From an uncultured Clostridia bacterium (GTDB lineage Bacteria > Bacillota > Clostridia > Christensenellales > UBA1242), in NCBI GenBank assembly GCA_934754445.1, contig CAKVHZ010000002.1, positions 3,585-67,584 of the forward strand: a stretch of DNA of 64,000 nt, in the 5' to 3' direction. The notes beneath the pieces were generated by a model that had not been told where the DNA came from, did no database searches, and worked only from the letters and a program-made list of their open reading frames with translations. This document shows positions 19,684 through 28,088 of the stretch, one piece after another (the stretch's first letter is position 1; every line of letters begins with the position of its first letter). The position numbers and the translations under genes are program-made.

Positions 19684-19716
19684 AAAAAAGAGAGAGTAAT
19701 CATACTTTCTCTTTTT
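19684..19716 (+). terminator. Intrinsic terminator of the Cys-rich ORF
   Basis: AAAGAGA...TCTCTTT hairpin followed by a T-run. Confidence 0.5.
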
Positions 19717-19998
19717 ATTTACTAAAATTAAATTATTAATAAAAATATTATACACTTTTTAAAATAAAAAGTCAAACAAATTTACAACATTTTTAAATAT
19801 TTTTTAGTTTTTCTAGAAATTTATCTATTAAAGCATTAAAATTTATGTTAAATTCTTTTAAATTAGTAAAAATAATTTTTAATTCTTCAGTTATTTTTTT
19901 AGGACTTTCTATGTTAATTTGAGAATTTGAAACTATTTTTTTAATTTCTTCCATATCCACATCTTTGGCTGGTCTACCTTGCTTAGTCTTTCTAACAT

Positions 19999-20127
19999 AT
20001 GGTTTTGTTTTACCATTTTCAATCTCGTTGGGAAAACGGCGAGATTTCTCCTTCTATTAATTATTTAAAATCTATTTGTGATTATTTTGATATTTCAGCA
20101 GATTATTTAATAGGTAGAATTGATTAA
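19999..20127 (+). pseudogene. 5'-truncated XRE/Cro-C1-type HTH gene remnant
   Basis: Own translation: ...QSRWENGEISPSINYLKSICDYFDISADYLIGRID*. This is only the C-terminal half of an HTH_3 domain. Upstream in-frame codons (MVLFYHF) are unrelated. Confidence 0.55.
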
Positions 20128-20130
20128 TTA

Positions 20131-20159
20131 AAAAAAGTGCCGTTATTGGCACTTTTTTG
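20131..20159. terminator. Bidirectional terminator
   Basis: AGTGCC-gttatt-GGCACT hairpin flanked by an A-run and a T-run, downstream of yloV. Confidence 0.7.
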
Positions 20160-20180
20160 TTGTTTATTTTATTTTATTTT

Positions 20181-21815
20181 TTATTCCATAGAAATTAAAT
20201 AGTAATATACTGGTTGGCCACCAAATAATACACTTATTTCTTTATCTGGGTAAATTGCTGATAATTTGTCTTGTAAATTATATGCTTCTTCTTCTTTTAC
20301 ATCATTACCAAAGAATAATGTTAAATTTATAATGTCTTCATTAACTGTTTTTTCTATTAAACTTATTACTGTTTCATCTATAGTTTTGCCTTTTGTTAAA
20401 ATGCTACTATCAGTTAAACCTATAATATCACCTTTTGCTATTTGTAAGCCATCTACATTAGTATTTCTAACTGCATAGGTTACACTAGCAGATTTAACTG
20501 TTGCCAAAGCATCATTTAAAGCTTCTGTGTTTTCTTCAACACTTGCTTCAGGGTTAAAACTTAGGCACGCACTCATGCCTTCAGCAATATTTCGTGAAGG
20601 AATAACTATTAAATTTTTATTTGTTAATTGTTTTGCTTGTTCGCATGCTAGAATTATATTTTTATTATTTGGTAAAACAAAAATGTTTTTAGCATTAACA
20701 CTATCTACTGCTTTTAAAATATCATCAGCAGAAGGGTTCATTGTTTGACCACCTTCTAATACATAGTCTACACCAACATCTTTAAATATAGAAGCAATAC
20801 CTGTTCCAGCACAAACCGAAATAACACCAAATTCTTTCATCTCTGCTAAAGCTTTTTGTTTTTTCAAATCTCGGTTTTCTTCAAGCATGTTTTCTATTTT
20901 CATGTTAAATAGTTCGCCAAGTTCTAAGCCATATGCTAAAGCCTTGTTAGGTTCGTTTGTATGAACATGAACTTTTATTAAACTTAAATCGCCTATGCAA
21001 ATAACAGAATCACCAATTTCCATTAGTTTTTCTCTTAATTTATCTATATCACTTAAAGTCGTTTTATTTTTAATTTGAATTACCATAAACTCAGTGCAAT
21101 AAGCAAATTGAATATCTGCTAAATCCATTAAGTTTATTTCTGCATTACTTTTTATAACTGGTGCAGCATCTTCTAGTTTAAACTCAAAACTGTCTTCATT
21201 TGTAAGTAATTTATAGAATGCTGTAAAGATAATCATTAATCCTTGACCACCACTATCTACAACATTTGCTTTTTTCAATACTGGAAGTAATTCTGGAGTC
21301 ATTTGCAATGCTTGTTCCCCTTCGTCCACTACTCCTTTTAAAAATGTTTCTATATCAGTGTTCTTTTTACTAAGTCTTGTAGCGGCTTCACTCATCATTC
21401 TAATAACTGTTAGAATTGTTCCTTCTTTAGGTTTAGTAACAGCATTGTAAGCAACTTCTGCCCCACAATTTATTGCTTTTGCAAAATTTTTTACATTTAT
21501 TTCTTTTTCTGTTGAAAGTGCAGTGCACATACCTTTTAAAATTTGCGATAAAATTACACCACTATTTCCTCTAGCACCTCTTAGTGCACCTTTTTGAACT
21601 GCCTCACACAAACTATCTAAATTATTATTTGGGCAAGCATTCACTTCTTTGCACGCACTATTAAGTGTCATGCTCATATTCGTTCCTGTATCTCCGTCTG
21701 GAACTGGAAAAACATTTAAACTATCTACATACTCTCTATTTTCTTCTAAAACTTTTCCACCTGCAAGAATCATCTTTCTAAAGGTGGCACCATTTATATT
21801 CTTTTGCATACGCAA
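20181..21815 (-). CDS. yloV: DAK2-domain fusion protein YloV
   Basis: FPVPDGDTGTNMSMTL (DAK2 motif). 544 aa. Follows the Asp23/YloU gene as in Bacillus. Start is TTG 21815 or ATG 21809. Confidence 0.88.
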   Translation of the reverse strand: MRMQKNINGATFRKMILAGGKVLEENREYVDSLNVFPVPDGDTGTNMSMTLNSACKEVNACPNNNLDSLCEAVQKGALRGARGNSGVILSQILKGMCTALSTEKEINVKNFAKAINCGAEVAYNAVTKPKEGTILTVIRMMSEAATRLSKKNTDIETFLKGVVDEGEQALQMTPELLPVLKKANVVDSGGQGLMIIFTAFYKLLTNEDSFEFKLEDAAPVIKSNAEINLMDLADIQFAYCTEFMVIQIKNKTTLSDIDKLREKLMEIGDSVICIGDLSLIKVHVHTNEPNKALAYGLELGELFNMKIENMLEENRDLKKQKALAEMKEFGVISVCAGTGIASIFKDVGVDYVLEGGQTMNPSADDILKAVDSVNAKNIFVLPNNKNIILACEQAKQLTNKNLIVIPSRNIAEGMSACLSFNPEASVEENTEALNDALATVKSASVTYAVRNTNVDGLQIAKGDIIGLTDSSILTKGKTIDETVISLIEKTVNEDIINLTLFFGNDVKEEEAYNLQDKLSAIYPDKEISVLFGGQPVYYYLISME

Positions 21816-21848
21816 AGTTATTCCCCCTAAAAAATCAATAAAAAAAGA

Positions 21849-22199
21849 CTAAACCCTTACACCAAGCACATTAACATTCACACTATCTACAATCATACCT
21901 GTAAATTTTTCGATAGAATATTTAATAGAACTTTTTAAAGATTCAGCTACTGCGTTAATAGAAACGCCATATTTTAATATAACATATAAATCTATATAAA
22001 TTTTATTATCTACGGTTAAAACTTTTACACCTTTATTTTTACTTTTTTTTCTAAACAGTTCATGCAAATTATCGCTAAATTTTTTAGCGACCAAATCTAC
22101 TACACCATAACAATCTAAAGCAACTTTTCCGCAAACGCTTTCTATTGCTTCTTCAGTAATTGTTATTTTACCATAAGAATTTGAAGTATTAACTGGCAT
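21849..22199 (-). CDS. yloU: Asp23/Gls24-family protein YloU
   Basis: GKITITEEAIESVCGKVALDCYGVVDL...VNVNVLGVRV. ATG 22199 is preceded by GGAG; the track start GTG 22211 is less likely. Confidence 0.85.
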   Translation of the reverse strand: MPVNTSNSYGKITITEEAIESVCGKVALDCYGVVDLVAKKFSDNLHELFRKKSKNKGVKVLTVDNKIYIDLYVILKYGVSINAVAESLKSSIKYSIEKFTGMIVDSVNVNVLGVRV

Positions 22200-22352
22200 A
22201 AATTTCTCCACAAATATTATTACATAAAAAATCTTTTTAAGCAGATTTTACTACATAATATAATTATATTACACAATTTTTAATTTAAAATCAATGTTTT
22301 TAATTGTTTTTTTCAAATATTTTTTATTTTTTTCGATTTTTTATAAAAATAC

Positions 22353-22381
22353 TTGCAAATTTTGTTTTTGTATGATAAACT
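22353..22381 (+). promoter_or_regulatory. Candidate promoter of rpmB
   Basis: TTGCAA (22353-22358), 17 nt, TG-a-TAAACT (extended -10, 22376-22381). Confidence 0.4.
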
Positions 22382-22423
22382 AACATAGTCAAAATTTAAA
22401 AAATTACTTAAAGGAGTTTATAT

Positions 22424-22603
22424 ATGAGTAGAGTTTGCAGTATTTGTGGAAAGGGCAAAATGAAAGGTAACCAAGTTAGTCACTCTAACATTAAAACTAA
22501 CAAACATTACAATGCTAATGTTCAAAAAGTTAGAATAGATGTTGATGGAACAACTAAAAGTGAATATGTTTGCACAAAATGTATTAAAACATTAAAAGAT
22601 TAA
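22424..22603 (+). CDS. rpmB: 50S ribosomal protein L28
   Basis: Own translation: MSRVCSICGKGKMKGNQVSHSNIKTNKHYNANVQKVRIDVDGTTKSEYVCTKCIKTLKD (59 aa, below the track cutoff). AAAGGAG SD. Terminator follows. Confidence 0.93.
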   Translation: MSRVCSICGKGKMKGNQVSHSNIKTNKHYNANVQKVRIDVDGTTKSEYVCTKCIKTLKD

Positions 22604-22614
22604 TTATAAAAATA

Positions 22615-22640
22615 AAAACAGGCTTATGCCTGTTTTTTTT
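22615..22640 (+). terminator. rpmB terminator
   Basis: CAGGC-ttat-GCCTG hairpin followed by T8. Confidence 0.75.
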
Positions 22641-22667
22641 AAACAAAAACCACTGAAAACTCAGTGC
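22641..22667 (-). terminator. Terminator of the rsgA-rpe-spoVM unit
   Basis: CACTGA-N4-TCAGTG hairpin. The minus-strand RNA continues GUUUUUGUUU. Confidence 0.6.
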
Positions 22668-22690
22668 ATTTTTATTTGAATTTTTTAACC

Positions 22691-22768
22691 TTAACTATTA
22701 AGTTGTTTCCTAAAAATCAATTTTAAAAGTGGAACTAAAATTTTTGGTGCTTTTATACAAATAATCAT
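22691..22768 (-). CDS. spoVM: SpoVM-like 25-aa sporulation peptide
   Basis: Own translation: MIICIKAPKILVPLLKLIFRKQLNS. GGAGG (22778-22774) lies 5 nt upstream of the ATG. Compare B. subtilis SpoVM, MKFYTIKLPKFLGGIVRAMLGSFRKD (from memory). Located between rpe and rpmB as in Bacillus. Confidence 0.65.
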   Translation of the reverse strand: MIICIKAPKILVPLLKLIFRKQLNS

Positions 22769-22787
22769 ACTATCCTCCAGTTAATTT

Positions 22788-22814
22788 ATAATATGATTAT
22801 TTTTTTAAATTGGT
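22788..22814 (-). promoter_or_regulatory. Candidate mother-cell-type (sigma-E/K-like) promoter for spoVM
   Basis: AC (22814-22813), 17 nt, CATATTAT (22795-22788), inside the 3' end of rpe. Short motif in AT-rich DNA. Confidence 0.25.
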
Positions 22815-23435
22815 TATAAATTCTTTTTTATCTTCACTTTTAAAAAAACTTCCGCCAACAACCACAATATCAACACCTAATTTTTTTAACTCTTCAATAT
22901 TCTCCAAATTAACCCCACCATCAACTTCAATTAATTTGTTTGGTAGTAATTCTTTAGCAAGTTTAATTTTATCAATTGTTGTATCTAAAAACTTTTGACC
23001 ATACTTTCCTATTTCTACACTCATTATTAAAAGTAAATCAAAGTAATTTTTATAAAGTTCTATTGTTTCTATTTTAGTATTAGGATAAATTGCAAGACCC
23101 ACTATAGCATTTTTAGATTTTAAATATATTAATGTATCAATAAGTTTTGATTTATCTTTAAATGCTTCATAGTGAACCGAAATAATATTTGCTCCACTTT
23201 CCACATAATTTTTAACTATTTCACTTGGTTCATCTATCATTAAATGACAATCTAAAAATAATGTAGTTTTTGAGTTTATTTTTTTAACTGTATTATAATC
23301 AAAAGTTTTATTTTCTGTTAAACTTCCATCCATAATATCTAGGTGCAAAAAATCGGTAGAACTACCAACTATTTTACCTAAATATTTAAATATATCATCA
23401 TTATATGGTAAACTTGAAACCGAAACTTTAATCAT
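22797..23435 (-). CDS. rpe: Ribulose-phosphate 3-epimerase
   Basis: LHLDIMDGS, CHLMIDEP, VDGGVNLENI. 212 aa. Confidence 0.9.
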   Translation of the reverse strand: MIKVSVSSLPYNDDIFKYLGKIVGSSTDFLHLDIMDGSLTENKTFDYNTVKKINSKTTLFLDCHLMIDEPSEIVKNYVESGANIISVHYEAFKDKSKLIDTLIYLKSKNAIVGLAIYPNTKIETIELYKNYFDLLLIMSVEIGKYGQKFLDTTIDKIKLAKELLPNKLIEVDGGVNLENIEELKKLGVDIVVVGGSFFKSEDKKEFITNLKK

Positions 23436-24282
23436 ATCTTTTACTCCAATTTTCCTTACATTCTAAAAAAATTTGTTTATATCTATCGTATCTATTTGGA
23501 TTTATATCTTTATTATTTATAACTGAACATTTATTACCTTCAAAAACATGATTACAATTAGAATAAACACAATTTGTGTTTTCAAATTCTTTGTAATAAT
23601 CTTTAATTGAACTTGGGTCTAAATCGTTAAACTCTATTTTAGAAAACCCAGCAGTATCTAAAATAAAACTATTTTCTTCAAGATTAATTAATTCCGCACT
23701 TGTTGTAGTATTTTTACCCCTTTTTGTTTTTTCACTTAAACTACCTATTTTGTTTTCTTTCTCACAAATTTTATTAAGTAGACTAGTTTTACCAACTCCG
23801 CTTTGACCTGCTAACGTAGTTGTATTATTTTTAAGGAGTTTAATAAGTTCGTCTATATTTATATTTTCTTTACAAGAAACATTTATAACTTCAACCCCAG
23901 AATTTTGATATTCATTTTTTATTTTCTTTAAAAGTTCTTGATTCAACTCACATTTATTAAACACTATTATAGGCTTAATTTGGTTGATTTTAGCGTTGAT
24001 AATTAGTTTGTCAATAAGAATTAGGTCTGGAACTGGTTCTGGGCTTACAACTATTAATATTTGGCTTATATTAGTAACAAATGGTCGAATTAAACTATTT
24101 TTTCTCTCATAAATTCTAGTTATAATAAATTCCTTAGTTTTATCATCAAAATTAAACTCAACATAATCTCCAACAAAAATTTTAGAAGATTTATTCTTCT
24201 TTTGTGAAAAACAAGTATATGTTGAATTTAAATAATATACTTCAAATTTATCATTGTTTATTTTACAAACTATTCCTTTAAT
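23428..24282 (-). CDS. rsgA: Ribosome small-subunit-dependent GTPase RsgA, full length with putative ATT start
   Basis: The track shows only the 178-aa C-terminal part. The frame is open for 107 more codons encoding the OB fold (KGIVCKINNDKFEVYY...FVGDYVEF...ITRIYERKNSLIRP...ILIVVS...IIVFNKCEL). G1 motif AGQSGVGKTSLLN. Zn motif CVYSNCNHVFEGNKC. Confidence 0.8.
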   Translation of the reverse strand: MKGIVCKINNDKFEVYYLNSTYTCFSQKKNKSSKIFVGDYVEFNFDDKTKEFIITRIYERKNSLIRPFVTNISQILIVVSPEPVPDLILIDKLIINAKINQIKPIIVFNKCELNQELLKKIKNEYQNSGVEVINVSCKENINIDELIKLLKNNTTTLAGQSGVGKTSLLNKICEKENKIGSLSEKTKRGKNTTTSAELINLEENSFILDTAGFSKIEFNDLDPSSIKDYYKEFENTNCVYSNCNHVFEGNKCSVINNKDINPNRYDRYKQIFLECKENWSKRYD

Positions 24283-24291
24283 GTTTCACCC

Positions 24292-24651
24292 CTAAAAAGC
24301 ATATTTAATGTAATTTATTTCGTTATTTAAAACTTCTAAAACATCAAAGCGAACCTTACTATTTAATTTTTTATGTATAATTAAATAAAGTTCGGCCACT
24401 TTTCTTATTTTATGTTGTTTTCTAAAATTTACCGCCTCGCACGGAAGTCCAAATTCTTTACTAGACCGAGTTTTTACTTCGACAAAACAAATTTCATCAT
24501 CTTGTTTATTGTAGCAAATTATATCAATTTCGCCAATTTTATTTTTATAATTTCTCTCTAATATTTTTAAACCTTGTTTTTTTAAATAATCATAAGCAAG
24601 ATTTTCGCCCTTATCCCCTAAAATTTTATTATCCATTTTCCCTCTAAACAA
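24292..24651 (-). CDS. yraN: YraN-family (UPF0102) endonuclease-like protein
   Basis: GEIDIICYNKQDDEICFVEVKTRSS. 119 aa. Downstream of rnhB as in many Firmicutes. Confidence 0.85.
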   Translation of the reverse strand: MFRGKMDNKILGDKGENLAYDYLKKQGLKILERNYKNKIGEIDIICYNKQDDEICFVEVKTRSSKEFGLPCEAVNFRKQHKIRKVAELYLIIHKKLNSKVRFDVLEVLNNEINYIKYAF

Positions 24652-25255
24652 AATGCTTTATAAAACTATCTCTATGAATTTCACATTTCCCATACTTTTT
24701 TAGCAATTCTATATGTTGTTTAGTTCCATAACCTTTGTGTTTATCAAATTCATAATTAGGATATTTTTTACTCATTTCTTTCATAAGTTTATCTCTTGTT
24801 ACTTTTGCTAGTATGCTAGCACACCCAATAGAATAACTTAAATAATCACCTTTTATTAAAGGCAAATATTCACAATTAAGTTTTAAACCTTTAACGGCAT
24901 CGACTAAGGCAAAGTCGGGTTCTATACTTAAATTATTAATGGCTTCTTCCATTCCCCTTTTTGTAGCATTTAAAATATTTATTTCATCAATTACTTTTTC
25001 GCTAATTATGCTCACTTTAAAGGCTTTTGCTTTAGAAATAATTTTATCGTATAATCCTTCCCTTTTCTTTTCGCTTAATTTTTTACTATCATCTATGCCA
25101 TCAATTATATCATCTAGTGGCATAATAACACTTGCAACAACAACTGGGCCAGCAAGTGGACCACGCCCTGCTTCATCGCAACCACAAATATTATTATAAC
25201 CTTTACTCAAATATTCTTTTTCGTATAAAAGTTTATCTACTTTTTCTTTAGTCAT
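24644..25255 (-). CDS. rnhB: Ribonuclease HII
   Basis: GCDEAGRGPLAGPVV...DDSKKLS...ASILAKVTRD. Confidence 0.93.
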   Translation of the reverse strand: MTKEKVDKLLYEKEYLSKGYNNICGCDEAGRGPLAGPVVVASVIMPLDDIIDGIDDSKKLSEKKREGLYDKIISKAKAFKVSIISEKVIDEINILNATKRGMEEAINNLSIEPDFALVDAVKGLKLNCEYLPLIKGDYLSYSIGCASILAKVTRDKLMKEMSKKYPNYEFDKHKGYGTKQHIELLKKYGKCEIHRDSFIKHFV

Positions 25256-25332
25256 GATAAAATTTTAACACAAAAAAATCTTTTTTGCAAATTATATTTT
25301 TTATAAATTTGTAAACTATATGCTAATTATTG

Positions 25333-25920
25333 TTAAATTAATTTTAAATTTTCGTCCCATTCCCAATACTCTTTTTTAGCAGTTAAAAATTCTTGTATAT
25401 CACTTTCACTAAAAAGTCTAAAATGATTTAAGTCGCATCCAATGTGAAAACCAAAACTTTTATATACTCCCATTGCTCTATGACAATGCCCAAACAATGT
25501 TAATTTTTCTTTATGATGGTCTTTAGGTTTATGCGTTAAATAAAAATCTTGACCACAAATGTGGACAAAACTATTTTTAACAATATCGACTATTCCATAT
25601 TGTAAACAAACTTTTTTAAAATCTTCAAAACTATTGTCGTAGAAATACTTAATTATTCTCTCTTCATTATTGCCTACAATTAAAATTATGTTTGCTTTAA
25701 CTTTTTTAATTAATGGTAACTTTTTTAAAAAAGTAGGATTATCTTTGCTATGGCAATCAAACAAATCTCCAATAACATAAATAGTATCACCTTTTTTTGC
25801 TTGTTTGTTCCAAGTTTTAATTATAAACTTTTCAAATTGTTTATCATTTTTAAATGGTCTTCCATCAGCATTTACACCTATTGCTTGACCTAAATGAATA
25901 TCACTCGTAAAAAATTTCAT
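25333..25920 (-). CDS. Metallophosphoesterase-family protein
   Basis: FFTSDIHLG, VIGDLFD, VGNNE, and GHCH motifs in order. Confidence 0.75.
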   Translation of the reverse strand: MKFFTSDIHLGQAIGVNADGRPFKNDKQFEKFIIKTWNKQAKKGDTIYVIGDLFDCHSKDNPTFLKKLPLIKKVKANIILIVGNNEERIIKYFYDNSFEDFKKVCLQYGIVDIVKNSFVHICGQDFYLTHKPKDHHKEKLTLFGHCHRAMGVYKSFGFHIGCDLNHFRLFSESDIQEFLTAKKEYWEWDENLKLI

Positions 25921-25998
25921 ATATACTCCTCATTAGTTTATTTTAATATGTAAACAAATCTGTATATCACTAATGATAGATAAGATTTTGTTTAATCC

Positions 25999-26835
25999 TT
26001 ATTTATCTAAAATTATTTTACCTAGTTTTCCCTTTCTATAATCGTCTAGAATGGCTTTTGCACCCCTTTCATAGTCTATTTCTCGATTTTTCATAATAAA
26101 CCCACGAGAAAGGCAAATTTCGTCGTAAATTTCAACAGGTTCTTTATTTAAAACATCAACATTATATCTTGCTTTAAAATTATTTGGATATATTGGTGCT
26201 AATTCTTTAATAAATTCAAAACATAAATCGGTTAAAATTAAAACTTCATCTTTAATAGAACCAATATATGCTAAATGTAGTGCCACTCGCTCATCATCAA
26301 GTTTTGGCCACAAAGTTCCCGGAGTATCTAGCAACTCTATATTATTATCAACTTTAACCCATTGAGTGTTTTTAGTAACCCCTGGTCTATTTCCTACTTC
26401 GGCTTTGTTTTTGCAAGCAAAATTATTTATAAGTGTGCTTTTGCCAACATTAGGAACACCTATAACCATTAATCTTAGTGGAATATTTATTCCCTTATTT
26501 TTATTTCGTTCTATTTTCTTTATCATTAATTCGTTAGTTTTATTTAATACTTGTTTATAACTATTAGGCTTTGTGCTATCTATCATTACAAATCTAGTAT
26601 TTTCACTTACTAATTTTTCACAAAAGGGTTTTAGTTCAATTTCACTTACAAAATCAACTTTGTTTAAAACAAAAATAATAGGTTTGTTGCCAAGGATTTT
26701 AGTAAATTCTGGGTTCAAGGTTGAAATTGGTGCACGACTATCTAAAACGTATAAAATAACATCGGCAAGTTTTACCTTGTCTTTAAGTTCATCCATTGTT
26801 TTTTTCATGTGTCCCGGAAACCAGTTTATTCGCAT
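25999..26835 (-). CDS. rbgA: Ribosome biogenesis GTPase A (YlqF/RbgA)
   Basis: INWFPGHMKK. Circularly permuted GTPase: NKVD ... GVPNVGKSTLIN ... DTPG. Confidence 0.92.
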   Translation of the reverse strand: MRINWFPGHMKKTMDELKDKVKLADVILYVLDSRAPISTLNPEFTKILGNKPIIFVLNKVDFVSEIELKPFCEKLVSENTRFVMIDSTKPNSYKQVLNKTNELMIKKIERNKNKGINIPLRLMVIGVPNVGKSTLINNFACKNKAEVGNRPGVTKNTQWVKVDNNIELLDTPGTLWPKLDDERVALHLAYIGSIKDEVLILTDLCFEFIKELAPIYPNNFKARYNVDVLNKEPVEIYDEICLSRGFIMKNREIDYERGAKAILDDYRKGKLGKIILDK

Positions 26836-26859
26836 ATCTTTCTCCTTTTAAAATTACCT

Positions 26860-27522
26860 TTATAATAAGTCGGGTCGATTTTTTTTAGTAATTTCTAAAC
26901 TCTTTTCTCGCCTATATTTTTCAATTTCTTTATGATTACCACTAAGTAATACATCTGGAACTTTTATTCCGTTAAAATCGGCAGGTTTTGTATACTGAGG
27001 ATATTCAAGCAAATTATCGCTAAAACTTTCATCTACACTAGAATGTTCGTTGTGTAAAACATTAGGAATTAACCTAGATAAACAATCTACAAACACCATG
27101 CTTGGAAGTTCCCCGCCAGTCAAAACATAATCTCCTATCGAGATTTCTTCCATATTAAAATAATCTATAACCCTTTGGTCAACACCTTCATAATGCCCAC
27201 ACAATATGATTAAATGCTCATATTGTAAGTAATCTTTTACAAAACTTTGCTTTAAAGTTTTACCCTTAGGACTCATGTATATAATTTTTGAATTTTCAGT
27301 TTTAATTGAGTTAATAACATCAAAAATTGGTTGACACATTAAAACCATGCCATCGCCACCACCAAAAGGTGTATCGTCTACTTGTTTATGTTTATTGCTA
27401 GCAAAATCTCTAAAATTGATAATATTAATTTCAATTAAATCTTTATCTTGTGCCCTTTTTAATATTGAACTAGAAAGTGGCGAGAACATTTCTGGAAATA
27501 AAGTTAAAATATCTATTCTCAT
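26860..27522 (-). CDS. trmD: tRNA (guanine37-N1)-methyltransferase TrmD
   Basis: MRIDILTLFPEMF...DDTPFGGGDGMVL...CGHYEGVDQRV. Confidence 0.95.
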   Translation of the reverse strand: MRIDILTLFPEMFSPLSSSILKRAQDKDLIEINIINFRDFASNKHKQVDDTPFGGGDGMVLMCQPIFDVINSIKTENSKIIYMSPKGKTLKQSFVKDYLQYEHLIILCGHYEGVDQRVIDYFNMEEISIGDYVLTGGELPSMVFVDCLSRLIPNVLHNEHSSVDESFSDNLLEYPQYTKPADFNGIKVPDVLLSGNHKEIEKYRREKSLEITKKNRPDLL

Positions 27523-28010
27523 ACCATGACCTCACTTAAAATTTTAGAATTTAAAATAAGTTTATTATTTTCTAAATCAACTTTTTCAAAAAGTCCATCT
27601 ATTAAACAAAAAGTAATTTCATTTTTACCATTTTTTACTGTGTAAATGTCTTGAGCACCAAAGTTATCTATATCGTCAACTTTGCCTAGATATTCATTTT
27701 CACTATTGTAAACATCCATGTTTAAAATATCACAAATCAAATATTCATTTTTTGATAAATCAATATTTTCTCTATTAACAAAAACAAGACTATCTTTAAA
27801 TTTTTCAGCCATAGTTAAATTAGTAATTTCATCTAACTTTAAAAAAATAAAATTTTTAACTTTGCTAAGTTTTTTAACAGTAAATTCATTATTTTGTATA
27901 TAAACTTTTTTAAGGTTTTTGAATTTACCTTCGCCACTAGTAAGTAGTTTTAAAGTACCGTCAAGCCCCCTAAAACCAACGATTTTCCCTATTTCTATAA
28001 ATTTTTGCAT
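27519..28010 (-). CDS. rimM: 16S rRNA processing protein RimM
   Basis: IGKIVGFRGLDGTLKL, 163 aa. 4-nt overlap with trmD. Confidence 0.85.
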   Translation of the reverse strand: MQKFIEIGKIVGFRGLDGTLKLLTSGEGKFKNLKKVYIQNNEFTVKKLSKVKNFIFLKLDEITNLTMAEKFKDSLVFVNRENIDLSKNEYLICDILNMDVYNSENEYLGKVDDIDNFGAQDIYTVKNGKNEITFCLIDGLFEKVDLENNKLILNSKILSEVMV

Positions 28011-28088
28011 AATTAATTATAACAAAAATCTAAAACTAATACAACAAAAAGAAAAAAGTTAAATAAAAAACCACCCTAAGGTGATTCC

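Noticed and set aside
23964-24290. rsgA as a truncated or pseudogenised gene (only 178 aa in the track).
   Set aside because: The upstream 107 codons are stop-free and encode a well-formed OB fold and the start of the GTPase domain. The missing canonical start is better explained by ATT initiation behind a good SD. A sequencing error cannot be excluded.
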